From Lingula anatina (lineage: Eukaryota; Animalia; Brachiopoda), in the NCBI GenBank assembly GCA_051362555.1, contig CM120648.1, forward strand, positions 16,178,587-16,242,586: a stretch of DNA of 64,000 bases, given 5' to 3'. The notes under the pieces were generated by a model that searched no databases, was not told where the DNA came from, and was given only the letters and a program-made list of their open reading frames with translations. Position 1 is the stretch's first letter. Each line of letters starts with the position of its first letter. Positions 47,172 through 60,361 of the stretch are shown piece after piece. The translations under genes were made by a program, and so were the position numbers.

Positions 47172-47382
47172 GGGACAATTTCCAGACCCTGTCACGCTTA
47201 CTGTGGGTTGATCTATCTCCAAGGGAATTCTCGCTAAATTGCAATCAATGTAAGTGGCTTAGCTGTCCTACTGAAACTGGCATGCCAGAATCCTAAGCCA
47301 CTTAAGCTGAAAGCAATTTAGTGAGAAACCCCTTCGAGTTGGATTGATCCTTGTAGATTGATCTAGGTATGGGAACTCGGTC
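47172..47382. mobile_element. Palindromic MITE related to those at 56590-57460
   Basis: Internal inverted arms (TCTCGCTAAATTGC...GCAATTTAGTGAGA; AAGTGGCTTAG...CTAAGCCACTT) and GATC-containing subterminal motifs. Confidence 0.55.
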
Positions 47383-47919
47383 TAATGCTTGTTACACATT
47401 TTACTTTCACCCTAATCCGCAGTTGCGCAGAATTAAAATTTGATGTTGGCTATGCAGTTAAGCATAATACATAAGAACATCAGAATTAACAGTATCCCAT
47501 TTTCTGCTTTTTTATTTTCTGTTTTTTGTCTGTACATTTGACAGCTTTGCTGCCTTGTTTACCATTAGTGTTAGTTGCATGCAGCTACAGGATGTACTGC
47601 CACTGTCTGCAATATATTTTCCAATGAAAACTATTAAAACTAAGACCTCACTCAGGATTGGGGACTACTGTAACTAGTCCGCAGATCAGATATGGCGTGC
47701 CCACTACAAAGCTTGCCGTCTAATCTGCTAATAGACACTAAATACATGTAGATATCCCGTTGGGAAGTACCACATTTGAATTTTGCTAAATTCAGCTTCC
47801 AATATGCCTACAAAAGGCAAGGGAAAATAGCTTAGAGAGGAGGAAATTGGAAGGGGAGAATGAAAGGCAAAACTGACGTGCGCCGCCACTTTGTCATCAC
47901 AAGCGTGTCACGCAAGTAT

Positions 47920-50490
47920 GAAAATTCGTGCACCCGGTTGTGATCGTGGCTTAAATGGGTGCTACAGTCGTAGAGATCGATTTTCAAGGTAGCCACACAG
48001 AGGATGTAAGGCAACTGTAATGAGACTGTTGGGTTTTTTCAACGCGCTAACTTTTCAACCGGCAAACCGATATTTTCCCCACTCATAACCTCAATGTCAT
48101 ATGGGAAAAAATGTTCCTGCACGCAATATATAGTAAGCTCGCCACAGCCTGTAACCTTGAAAATACTATTTACCTTTTCTTGTAGCGTTATCAAGGGCGT
48201 TTGAGAAAACGTTCCTGTAAGTCAAAATTAAAGGTATCGCGCTAGCTTGCACCATTGCATCTTGTCAGTTTTAGCGTTTTGTACGTGTACTTTAAGGCAG
48301 GCCATTTAAATAACAAATGCAGCATTTTCTGTTACTAGCAATTGGGAATAACGACAATGAGAATACAATACCAAGTACCTGTTAACTGTAACATATCGCC
48401 ACTGTGAAACAGGTTCAAACCCAAAACCATACGATCTTAAAATTCGTGCGCCCGGTTGTGACCATGGCTTAAATGGGTGCTACAGTCGCAGAAATCCGCG
48501 GCAACAACGGCTCCATTTTCGAGGAAGCCACACGGAGGATGTAAGGCAACTGTAATGAGACTGTTGGGGTTTTTAACGCGCTAAATTTATCAACCGGCAA
48601 ACCGATATTTTCCCACATAACCTCAATGTCATATGGGGAGAAATGTCCCTGCACGCAATATATAGTATGCTCGCCACAGCCTGTAACCTTGAAAATACTA
48701 TTTACGATTTCACCGTACGTCATTCGTGATAAAAGTTATCTTGGCTCTTGCGTGCGCTCAGGGAAGACGGAACTGGTAAAACTACCCCCTCATGTCTACC
48801 TGTCCTTGTAGTGTTATCGCGGGAGTTTGAGAAAACGTTCCTGTAAGTCAAAACTAAAGGTATCGCGCTAGCTTGCCCTATTGCATCTTGTCAATTTAAG
48901 CGTTTTGTTCATGTACTTTAAGGCACATTATTTTAATAACAAATCTACAAACACAGTACGAGCACAAATACAAAATGGCAGCATTTTCGGTTACCAGCAA
49001 TTGAGAATAACGACAATATGAGTACAATACCAAGTACCTGCTAACTGTAACATATCGCCACGATGAAACAGGTTCAAACCCAAAAAGAAGACAACAAACA
49101 GCTTGGCGAAGCTTTCTATTCTTTATTGGCAACTGTTGTCCTCCGTGAGTGCTGCAAACTGGACTTCTCGAACGCAAACATTTACAAAACCTTCCAAAAC
49201 GAATGGCCCCAGCGACTCGCAAGGCAGACTTGCGCCTTTCTATTGCAACCTTTCCTCTAGTCCTACGAACCCCACGGATTCTACTGCAACCAAAATTCGC
49301 TGGGGCCATACGATCCTAAAATTCGTGCGCCCGGTTGTGACCATGGCAGAAATCCGCAGCAACAACGGCTCCATTTTCGAGGAAGCCACACGGAGGATGT
49401 AAGGCAACTGTAATGAGACTGTTGGGGTTTTTAACGCGCTAACTTTTCAACCGGCAAACCGATATTTTCCCGCATAACCTCAATGTAATATGGGGAGAAA
49501 TGTCCCTGCACGCAATATAAAGTAAGCTAGCCACAGCCTGTTAACTTGAAAATACTATTTACATTTTCTTGTAGCGTTATCGAGGGCGTTTGAGAAAACC
49601 TTCCTGTAAGTCAAAATTAAAGGTATCGCGCTACCTTGCGCCATTCCATCTTGTCAGTTTAAGCGTTTTGTACGTGTACTTTAAGGCAGGCCATTTAAAT
49701 AACAAATGCAGCATTTTCGGTTACCAGCAATTGGGAATAACGACAATGAGAATACAATACCAAGTACCTGTTAACTGTAACATATCGCCACTGTGAAACA
49801 GGTTCAAACCCAAAACCATACGATCCTAAAATTCGTGCGCCCGGTTGTGACCATGGCTTAAATGGGTGCTACATTCTCAGAAATCCGCGGCAACAACGGC
49901 TCTATTTTCGAGGAAGCCACACGGAGGATGTAAGGCAACTGTAATGAGACTGTTGGGGTTTTTAACGCGCTAAATTTATCAACCGTCAAACCGATATTTT
50001 CCCACATAACCTCAATGTCATATGGGGAGAAATGTCCCTGCACGCAATATATAGTATGCTCGCCACAGCCTGTAACCTTGGAAATACTATTTACGATTTC
50101 ACCGTACGTCATTCGTGATAAAAGTTATCTTGGCTCTTGCGTGCGCTCAGGGAAGACGGAACTGGTAAAACTACCCCCTCATGTCTACCTGTCCTTGTAG
50201 TGTTATCGCGGGAGTTTGAGAAAACGTTCCTGTAAGTCAAAACTAAAGGTATCGCGCTAGCTTGCCCTATTGCATCTTGTCAATTTAAGCGTTTTGTTCA
50301 TGTACTTTAAGGCACATTATTTTAATAACAAATCTACAAACACAGTACGAGCACAAATACAAAATGGCAGCATTTTCGGTTACCAGCAATTGAGAATAAC
50401 GACAATATGAGTACAATACCAAGTACCTGCTAACTGTAACATATCGCCACGGTGAAACAGGTTCAAGCCCAGAACGAAGACAACAAACAG
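47920..50490. repeat. Higher-order tandem duplication: related ~510-650 bp monomers, dimer period 1389 bp
   Basis: AAATTCGTGCRCCCGGTTGTG recurs near 47922, 48441, 49319 and 49829. Near-identical small ORFs recur 1389 bp apart (48626/50015; 48469/49858). Confidence 0.9.
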
Positions 50491-51420
50491 CTTGACGAAG
50501 TTGTTCATTTTCGTAAACTTCTTTCTTCTCCTTATTGTCGACTGATGTTCTCCGTGAGTGGAATTTGGTGTCTCAAACTTGAACGTTTGCAATAACTTTA
50601 AAACTGCGTTGCCGTCGGTTTATATAGAACTCTGTGCTCTTCCCGTGGGCGTTTCGATAGATGACAGGTTTGAACATTCCTTTCGGTTGACACGCCCCAT
50701 CTGGGTAGATCTAGACAGTTGTCTCTAACATTTGATACGCTACCACGTTGCACCCGCCACTAAGGGCTAATTCCTACTGAGACTATCGTTCTATGCACGT
50801 CGATCCAGCTTTGCAGGGAGTCAAGGTGAATGCAATCAGGTCAACAAATGAACACGCCCACTCTTGTTTTCAACGTGGTCGTAGAATCCCCAGCTTTTCT
50901 GTTCTGCTCGGCGCCGGGAGGAGGCGTGATAAGCTGTTGATCTGCTTTCATTCAGGGAGACCCCCTGCGGAGTTGAATCGATCTACGTAGACCGACAGTT
51001 TCATTGGAAATGCCCCTACTTTGTGTAGAAGTAAATTAAAAATCTGGAAACTTGTCAACGGAGGTAGTCTTTGACGTTTCAGAGAAAATTACCTAAAATT
51101 TCAGGCTATAAACAATAATAGTTGTATTATTTGACCTTCAAGATTTGCAGGCCTGAAATTAAAGTTGAAATATGATCGTGTTTTTCTCGTCCCCGGCAAA
51201 ATGACGCACAACTCAGCAAGAAGAGGAAGGGAGCCGATTTTACACGGCTTGAATTGAAAAAATGACATGCTCCATTAATGAAACCCAATTAAAGGAGCCT
51301 ACCAAAACTGGTTTCAGTGGAAATTACTTATATGCAGTTTTAGATCAATAAGGATGTTTTGTCAAAAGAAGCAATACCTTCCATTATTTCTTTGAAATAA
51401 ATCCATTCCCAAAATTTAGA

Positions 51421-53058
51421 GGAGTTCAAAAGTGAGACACACTGAATCCTTTACTTTTGAATATATTAATTGATGGCATACTTAGACTTATAGATAAATA
51501 AAAAAGCAAAGCACCACCAAACCTTTTACTGGTCTTTTTTATGCAGACGATCTAGTTTTGTTTTTGGAAAATTCCTCAGGCCTTCAGAATACCAGTAGTT
51601 TAAAATGCTTAGAAAAATACTGTCATAGATAGAGGTTAACTGTTCATTTAAAAAAAAAGACGAAAGTTGCTATTTTTAATGTTAAGGAAGAAATACATGG
51701 TCACACTGTTGGAAATAGAGTTTTTTTTTACTTTCATAACCAGTTGGTGCCAGTAGTAACAAGCTAGCTACATGTGTAACTAGGTCTCCTTTTCACAAGG
51801 TCTGGCACACTAGCCCTTGCACAACAAAATGTACATATAAAGCCTTCTTCAGTCAAGCTAGTAACAATCCCACCTCCTTAAAAGAAAAAAAAAGACTTTA
51901 TGAAACAATGATTTTCCAAGTTGCAGCATATGGAGCTGTAACATTGGGTTACACTCCATTTTATGATAAGTCCCCAATAGAAAAAACACACCTCCAAATT
52001 CGCTAGCACCTTTTAGGGGTGCATTCTAAATCTAGTAATTATGCTGTTCGGGGGGAACTTGGGCGCCAAATTTAAATACAAGTAATCAAATACTGGGTCA
52101 ATATTTTATAATAAGATGACCGTGTTCCACTTAAAAGGGCATACCTAGATGAATTAAAACACTTTGATCTTCTTTCAAACACTAGCCTTCATAACACAAG
52201 ACATATAACAAAAGACAATGTAAAGGAGTGAAGAACATTCTTGTAGAAAATGGTTTTGGGCCTGTATGGTTCGAAGAAAAAACGGACAAAAAGTTCATGA
52301 AGAATTTTAGTGTTAGACTTACAGACAGTAATATACAACTTTGGCTTAGCAAGGTATCACAAGAAAATCTCAAGCTGAGAACGTATAAACGTATAAAACT
52401 ATCAAACTTTATTTTGGGAAAGAAAAATACCTTGATATAATTCAAGATAAAGAATTACGCCAAACTCTAACCAAATTAAGAATCAGCAACCACAATTTGC
52501 ACATTGAAACAGATCGCCATGCCAATGGTTAACCAACACCAGATGAAAAAAGAAAATGTCGCATTTTCCACACTGGAGTTATAGGATTCAGAGCACTTTT
52601 TAGATACCTGCTCTCTGTATACAGAATACAGAAAAGAACTCTTTCAAATAGTGCAAAGCGGCCACACATGTTTTACATATTTAAACAACAAAGATAATTT
52701 CTCCATCATAATGAACAACCCAAACGAGGCTGTAATAATAGCTTAAGCCAAATTCCTTGATTTAACCTCGCTTTTGTGAAAAGAAACTGCGTTGCAACTT
52801 CCACTTAGTGATGTGAATGATTACTGCAAATGTTCAGTTTCATATCACATAGTAGAAAACAGGTTCGTGAATAATCAATTTATATATCTTAGCCATGTAT
52901 ACAATACTTGTATTGTGATGCTAGCGTATGATCAGTGCTGTGAGCAGTTGACTCGGCATTAAGACCGCGCCTAGCTTATCATCATGAAATACTGGATATG
53001 TATGTGTAATAACGATGCATTGCTATATATGTAATTTTCTATCTTTCCTTATTTCATT

Positions 53059-53109
<51 letters not shown>

Positions 53110-53175
53110 TTACTATTACTTTTTATCTTTGTACATTTTCACCAGTTCAGCCTGTAGAAGGTTTGAATAAAGCAT
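51421..53175 (+). mobile_element. Decayed 5'-truncated CR1/L2-clade LINE (RT C-terminal half plus 3' UTR)
   Basis: Broken frames give YADDLVL (51540), KKTKVAIFN, YGAV..W, IEK.HL, N.AV.GELGR and LTKLRISNHNLHIET; followed by (TTTA)n and AATAAA. Confidence 0.75.
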
Positions 53176-53325
53176 ATTAAATGATAAATTAAACGCGAGT
53201 ATTAGCATTTTGTTTTTGACATGTAAGGATGAGTGACAACGGCGCCAGTTTTGTGGGAAGGGCTGAGATGGGGTATTAATCCTTTCAACTTGCACGTTAA
53301 TGATTGGATTGAAAAATAAGTGATA

Positions 53326-56300
53326 CGAGTAGCTATCTCCCCATCAGTATTAATGCTAATTGGGAGAGAAAGGTAAGGGGGGAGGGGGCGTCTCCTTGAA
53401 GTCAAAGTATCTGAGGCTGAAGTTGGCGGTATAGGGAGTATTACCCGCTTTGGTCAAACTTATCATTTTAAAACCAACGAACTATAATATAAACGTTGAA
53501 CTTCAGTGTGTCTTAACATCAAAAGATTTGGGACACATGAGGGCCATTTTGGTTAAGTTGAGGCTCGGACACATTATATTTTGTATCCGAGGTTGACGAG
53601 TTTAAAGGTGTTGTGAACTATATTAGGATACCAGGTTGCCTTCATTTTCCCTGATGTAACTTATTTTTTACTCATTTGCAGCTGATGATGCATTTGGGTA
53701 TTTTTTATTATTTTTCTATATAACCATGCATCCAGTTTTCTTGCCATTCATTTCCAGTCCCCTCTTCTCGGTTCAAAAACATGGTTCAAATATATAAAAA
53801 AAATCAAACACAATCTGATATATAAGTTTAATTGCATTATAAGCGAATAAATTCGATATATTCAAATAAAAGTACATGCAGGAATATAAAGGCAATGTCC
53901 GAGTCCCTGATGATTATACGGGTACGATGGAAATAAGAGGAAACGTAATTCAGTTAAGCTGATTGCACTCAGCGAGAGTCCCTACAGATTAAGATCGATC
54001 TACGTACATTGTAGACCGCTGACATCTATGGGAATAATCCCAAATATTGGTTGTAACGGAGTCCGTCCTCCATTAGATTTATACAGCTTGAGGTTATAAT
54101 ACCGTGACGTAAGTTGATTGACTTCTGGGACGGGCTGGTTACTTATACAAGTTTTAAGTTTACATTGATTGGTATCTACTTTTTCCTGTTTTTCTTCTCC
54201 GGTAGAATGACGCACTACACAATAAGACGAGAAGGTAATACGACTTTACATTGACTTGAAATGAAAAAATGATATGTTTGATTTATGCAAGCCATGTAAG
54301 GAGTTTACCGAAAGGAAACTGTGGTTCCAATGGGAAGGTACTTCTTTATTGGCGGTTTTAAAGCAATAAGACCCGCTTTGTCAAAACAACCTGTTTGTTC
54401 CATCATTTATGATAAATCACACGAGGGTATAAGCTAGAATTATTGTTTAATTGACATGCAAAGATTAATGACCAAGACGCCATCTTGAGTGGTTAGCTGT
54501 AGCATTTACTCTATCCACCTGCACATAATGCAGCTTCTAAAAACTGAATTGATTAAAACATAAGTATTAATGCTAATTGGGAGCGCAAGGAAAAAAGGTG
54601 CGTCTCCTTGAAGTCAAAGTATCTGAGGCCGAGGTTGGCAGTCTAGGGAGTATTACCCACTTTGGTGAAACTTGTCATTTTAAAACTAACGAACTATAAT
54701 ACAAAAGTTGAACTTCAGGGTGTCTTAATATTAAAATATTTGGTACACATGAAGGACATTTAGGTTAAGTTGAGGCTCGGACACATTAGTATTTTGTATA
54801 TTTTCCCTGATGAAACTTGTTTATTTTTTACTACTTTGCAGCTGATGATGCATTTGGGTATTTTTTATTTATTTATTTATCATTATTTTTTTTTTATACA
54901 ACCATTCATCCAGTTTTCTTGCCAACTAACGAACTATAATATAAACGTTGAACCTGAGGGGCATTTTGGTTAAGTTGAGGCTCGGACACATTATATTTTG
55001 TATCCGAGGTTGAGGAGTTCAAAGGTGTTGTGAACTATATAAGGATACCAGGTTGCCTTCATTTTCCCTGATGAAACTTGTTTATTTTTTACTACTTTGC
55101 AGCTGATGATGCATTTGGGTATTTTTTTATTATTTTTTGATACAACCATGCATCCAGTTTTCTTGCCATTCATTTCCAGTCCCCTCTTCTCGGTTCAAAA
55201 ACATTGTTCAAATATAAAAAAAATCCAAACACAATCTGATATATAAGTTTTATTGCATTATAAGCAAATAAATTCGATATATTCAAATAAAAGTACATGC
55301 AGGAATATAAAGGTTATGTCCGAATCCCTGATGATTATACGGGCACGATGGAGTTGATTGACTTCTGGGACGGGCTGGTTACTTATACAAGTTTTAAGTT
55401 TACATTGATGGGTAACTACTTTTTCCTGTTTTTTTTCCTCCGGTAGAAAGACGCACTAAACGCTAAGACGAGGAGGTAATACGACTTTACATTGACTTGA
55501 AATGAAAAAATGATATGTTTGATTTATGCAAGCCATGTAAGGAGTTTACCGAAAGGAAACTGTGGTTCCAATGGGAAGGCACTTCTTTATTGGCGGTTTT
55601 AAAGCAATAAGACCCGCTTTGTCAAAACAACCTGTATGTTCCATCATTTATGATAAATCAAACGAGGGTATAAGCTAGAAATATTGTTTGATTGACATGC
55701 AAAGATTAATGACCAAGACGCCATCTTGAGTGGCTAGCTGTAGCATTTACTCTATCCACCTGTACATAATGCAGCTTGTAAAAACTGAATTGATTAAAAC
55801 ATAATTATATGAGTAGCCATCTTCCCATCAGTATTAATGCTAATTGGGAGCGACAGGAAAGAGGAGGTGTCTCCTTGAAGTCAAAGTATCTGAGGCTGAG
55901 GTTTGCGATCTAGGGAGTATTACCCACTTTGGCCAAACTTGTCATTTTAAAACTAACGAACTATAATTTAAACGCTGAACTTCAGGGTGTCTTAACATCA
56001 AAATATTTGGGACACATGAGGAACATTTTGGTTAAGTTGAGACTCGGACACATTAGTATTTTGTATCCGAGGTTGAGGAGTTCAAAGGTGTTGTGGACTA
56101 TTTTTTGAATACCGGGTTGCCTTTATTTTCCCTGATGGAACTTGTTTTTTAAAATTATTTTTTTTACTCCTTTGCAGTTGATGTTGATTTCTGTTTATTT
56201 TTATTTTTATATAACCATGCATTAGGTTCCATCCCCTCTTCTCAGTTCAAAGTCATGGTTCAAAAGTAAAAACTATCTGACCTATATTTTTTATTGCATA

Positions 56301-56370
56301 ATAAGCAAATAAATTCGATATACTCAAATAAAAGTACTTGCAGGCATATAAAGGCAATGTCCGAATTCCA
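53326..56370. repeat. ~1.24-kb tandem duplication (about 2.5 diverged copies), each containing a short minus-strand RTE-like RT fragment
   Basis: AGTATTAATGCTAATTGGGAG recurs at 53347, 54563 and 55830. The reverse strand reads GLEMNGKKTGCMVVSK...PKCII...KQV. Confidence 0.85.
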
Positions 56371-56589
56371 GAGTCATCATCGTGAGTTAAAACTATAGAA
56401 CCCCCCCCCCCCCCCCAAATAAAAAAAAAACATTAAAATTAAAACAGACAATCTATTCTAAATGTAGAAGGGCTTCATACCAGATACAAAGTGCGATCTT
56501 AACAACATTTTCGGTATCTAAAAACTGCCTTTAACATACTACTCATTTGCTGTCATAAACGCATAATATGAGTCTTCTACAGAAAGTAA

Positions 56590-57460
56590 GGGTGCTTTCC
56601 CAGAGATTTAGATCGATCTAAATATTAAATTTTAGATCGACCTAACTCCCTGGGGGTTCACGCTAAATTGCAGTCAGCCGAGCGGGCACCATAGTTAATT
56701 ACCCCCTTACAGCTTTTAGTAGTCGGGACAGACGCTTAAGCCGGCCAAGCTGACAGTAATCTAGTGAGACTCCCCACAGGGATAGATCGATCTAAAAATC
56801 TATGGAAATGGGGTGTAAGGCTACAACGAAAGTGAGCAATGACAGTAGTTTTCCTTTCACAAAAGCATTTGATAAATAAAACTTTTAGCATGATGAGTAA
56901 TCAACTGCCCCTCCCCCCCCCCCCCCCCCCGGTATTCTCCTTTCCACCCTTTCAGTTCATACCCTTCTGATGAAACCAACACCCCATTTCCAGAGATTAG
57001 ATCGATCTACTTTAGATCGACCTAACTCCCTGGGGGTTCACGCTAAATAGCTGTCAGCCGGGCGGACACGAAATTTAATTATCTCCTTACAGCTTGTAGT
57101 AGGCGGGACGGACATTTAAGTCAGATTATCTGACAGTAATCTAGTAAGACTCCCAGCGGGGATAGACCTATCTAAAAGCTCTTGGAATACAGCCCAAGAG
57201 CGCATTCCCACAGACACAATTGGTCTACGGAGATCGATCCAACTCCGCGGGGAATCTCGCAAAAATCAATCAGTTTTACAGATTAACACGTCTCTTATAG
57301 GCGTTCAGTTGAAAACAGAAAAGCTGGTGACTGTACGCGTACGATGGAAATAAGAGGAAGCATGTGATTCAGTTAAGCTGATGGCACTCAGCGAGAGTCC
57401 CTACAGATTAAGTTCGATCTACGTACATTGTAGACCGATGACATCTATGGGAATAATCCC
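56590..57460. mobile_element. Cluster of three related palindromic MITEs (about 56591-56815, 56980-57195, 57198-57460)
   Basis: Each has TTCC(C)A...TGG(G)AA-type ends and AGATCGATC-type subterminal motifs; the first two share a near-identical interior. Confidence 0.65.
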
Positions 57461-57782
57461 TAATATTGGTTGTAACAGAGTCCGTCCCCCATTAGATTCA
57501 TACAGCTTGGGGTTACCGTGACGTAAGTGGATTGACTTCTGTGAAGAGTACTTATACAGGTTTCACGTTTACTTTAACGGATATCTAATTTTTCCTGTCG
57601 AAAGGCGGTCAAAGGTGAAGGATGAATCAAAGATAAATTTAGAAGACTGACTGAAATATATCTCTGGATCTGCCCTTAGCCGTGTATTGTAAGGGGCTCT
57701 GGTGCATTGGGACGGGTTGACTTCACAACATTTTATTATAAAAACGTTTTAAATTGAACGGTCTTATTCTACCATCTTTCAG

Positions 57783-60326
57783 CTAGATTACGGTGTACTC
57801 AAACAGAGGGATATATTTCCCCCTTGATTCGTCATACTTGGCGCACAATTTCAACTTCCCGGGACAGTCTCCTGTATAAACTGTTCCATCCCACGTGTCC
57901 CCGTCGCTAGGCAACGGTTGCCATTTCCCGTTCACCATGGCGGAGACCTGCAGCGCTCCTGGAACCTGAAGTTTGAAACTAATCAGGCTTCCGGCGTCAA
58001 GGACCCCCGTGAAAGGGTGATGGAGAACCCCTACATCCCAGCGCCCTAACGCGATGGGCAAGGGGCATTGTTCCATAGACGACACAGAGCAGCGAACAAG
58101 CACGCGGTAAACACACTCAAATTGGTCTTCCACTGCCGACTGCGAAACTGAGATTTGGGATACATTCAAGTCTAATTCCGCAGCGAAAACAGAAAGCATG
58201 TAAAATCCGTTTTTTATCATTCTTAATCTGAATCCCACGTGATCTGGGTCTTTTTCGTAGATCATGGCGAACTGAGTGTTCTCCAGAGCGGACGACACCG
58301 ATTTCCCAAAATATACGAAAGTATGCGAAATTCGGCAGTTTCTTTTTGTAAGTATTCGAAAACAATAATCACTTTCTTTGTCATGTACAACGTATGGGTC
58401 AAAACGAGCTACAGGAGAAATGCCCAAGTCCTTGGCATGTGCAGTGGCGCCCAAAATTTGTACATTTGGATAATGACGTCTGCTAGAAGATCTGTCGACG
58501 TCAGTACAGTTAATCTGAAACACGCATGCGCACTCCATGGTTGTCGAAGGATCGTCTGCTACGAATATTTTCAAAAAGTATATGCCTGGTTGTGGGACTT
58601 TGGCAGTGAAAAGAACCTCGTTGTCGATTCTTCGACAAAGAACGCTTCCTGTCACCGATTCTCGACTAGCTGCAGACGGGGGGTGGTGTGGGTCAATTTT
58701 AGCGGCAAAGTCTGCCCGACTGGCATTCGGCACTCCTATTCTCACCTCAGCCCTGCCGGAGTGCGTCCATAGAATCGATATGTACCGGGTTGCGAAGCGC
58801 AGGCCTTTGTTAAAAAATGGCGCCTTTACCACCGGGAGTCTAATAAATTCCTCCATGGAAATGGCAGGCTCCATTAGCTGCCACTTTTTGTCGTCTGGAA
58901 AATGTTCAAAAATATGATCTTCGGGGTCTGTGAGAAAATAAAACTCCTCACACCGATACTGAAGCTCTTCGTTGATGACATTCCCCTGACCTTGACCTGG
59001 TGATGTGATCTGACCTTGACCTAGTTCGTCCTCAAAGTGTTTCCCCCTGGTGAATCGTGCACCCCATTGGCAGTTGATGAAGTGCCAAGACCCGTCCACG
59101 CAGACCGCTGTCCAGGAATTTCTGAAGCGCCTGGACATTTTACGACCAGCCTTGTAGCCAGAACCCTTCGAGTACCCACGGACGATCTCACAGTGAATTC
59201 CAGCGTAACTAATGTAAAAAATAAAAACAATAACAATGAATTTTAATTGAATCCCCGAAAATAAGCAGTCATAAGGAAGAAAGACTCGACTGATACATTC
59301 AGTTCACTGTTAGAATGAGGGCACAGGGTTACCTTGAGAAAAGAAAAGAAGAAGAAAAGAAGTTCAAGAAAAATAAGAAGAAGAGGTGGATACCACCAAA
59401 GATAAGATTGAGGGGTACTTGCTATGCCAACTCCCCCCCAACCCAGAATCCAGAATACAGTTTAGCCCACCCTCGACGTTGCAGGTGGTTTCCTCGAATA
59501 AAATCTTCACTGAAAGTGGTATAGAGTTTCATGAGACAAAAGAGGCACTGAGGTTTACCTGCATAGTCGTTTAAAAAGAACATGATAACTTTCAATCCCC
59601 AGTTTGATCCCTCTAAGCAGTCCCAGGGGAGTGTCTGGGTCAAGGTCATCGCTGAACTCCATCTTGTTCAGGTTCTTTACGGTAATCCAACGGAATATGG
59701 CTCTGAAAGCGTGTAACATTTTTAGATATTAAATTAAATTATTAAAATTATATTAAAAAATTAAAACAAACGTGCGCCTTGTTGGTTTAGACAGCTCAAA
59801 AAACAGATTAAAGAAATGTTAAAATCAATGATGCATCTGCCCTAAGAATTTCACTAAGTAGTATATGAGATAAAATAGGCAAATGTTCTTCAAAAAATCA
59901 GTCATTTTTCTAATATGCAATTGCAATCATGCTCAGTGTGTGTTTGTTCGGGGAAATAATTAATAAATAAGATAAAATTAAAATTAATTAAAATCAAAAT
60001 AAATAAAATCAAATAAAACAGATATCAGAATTCAATGCTGACCTTCAGTAATGTTAGATAATAAGAATGACTCGCACCTTGCTTTTTCTAATTCGTTACA
60101 GCAATCCTTGGTTAGGTTCCTTACAAGGTCTGTAAATGTTGTCAAATCGTCGGATTTTGCAACCTTTAATAACAGTTGTAAAAAAGTCTTAGTCATACCC
60201 CGCTTGAAGAAGGAGTGCAACCTATCCTCACGAAATCAAGAAGCGTGAATAAGGTAAAATTGCACCAATGATAAAAATCCATTGGAAAATTTGAATATCG
60301 TCTCTCCATAATTAAACCCACTGTAT

Positions 60327-60361
<35 letters not shown>

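Larger units (their letters stand above)
43556..47560 (+). mobile_element. Non-autonomous Helentron/DINE-1-like (HINE) element, ~4 kb including nested inserts
   Basis: T-run, then 5' hairpin ATGTACAGACAC-AAAT-GTGTCTGTACAT, a (GCCGTT)n microsatellite and ~160-bp central tandem repeats. At the 3' end, subTIR TGTCTGTACAT (47527) is followed by the short hairpin GACAGC-TTT-GCTGCC and TTGTTT. Confidence 0.8.

Noticed and set aside
58239-58917. Plus-strand ORFs of 177 and 126 aa
   Set aside because: Antisense shadows of the hillarin-like exon.
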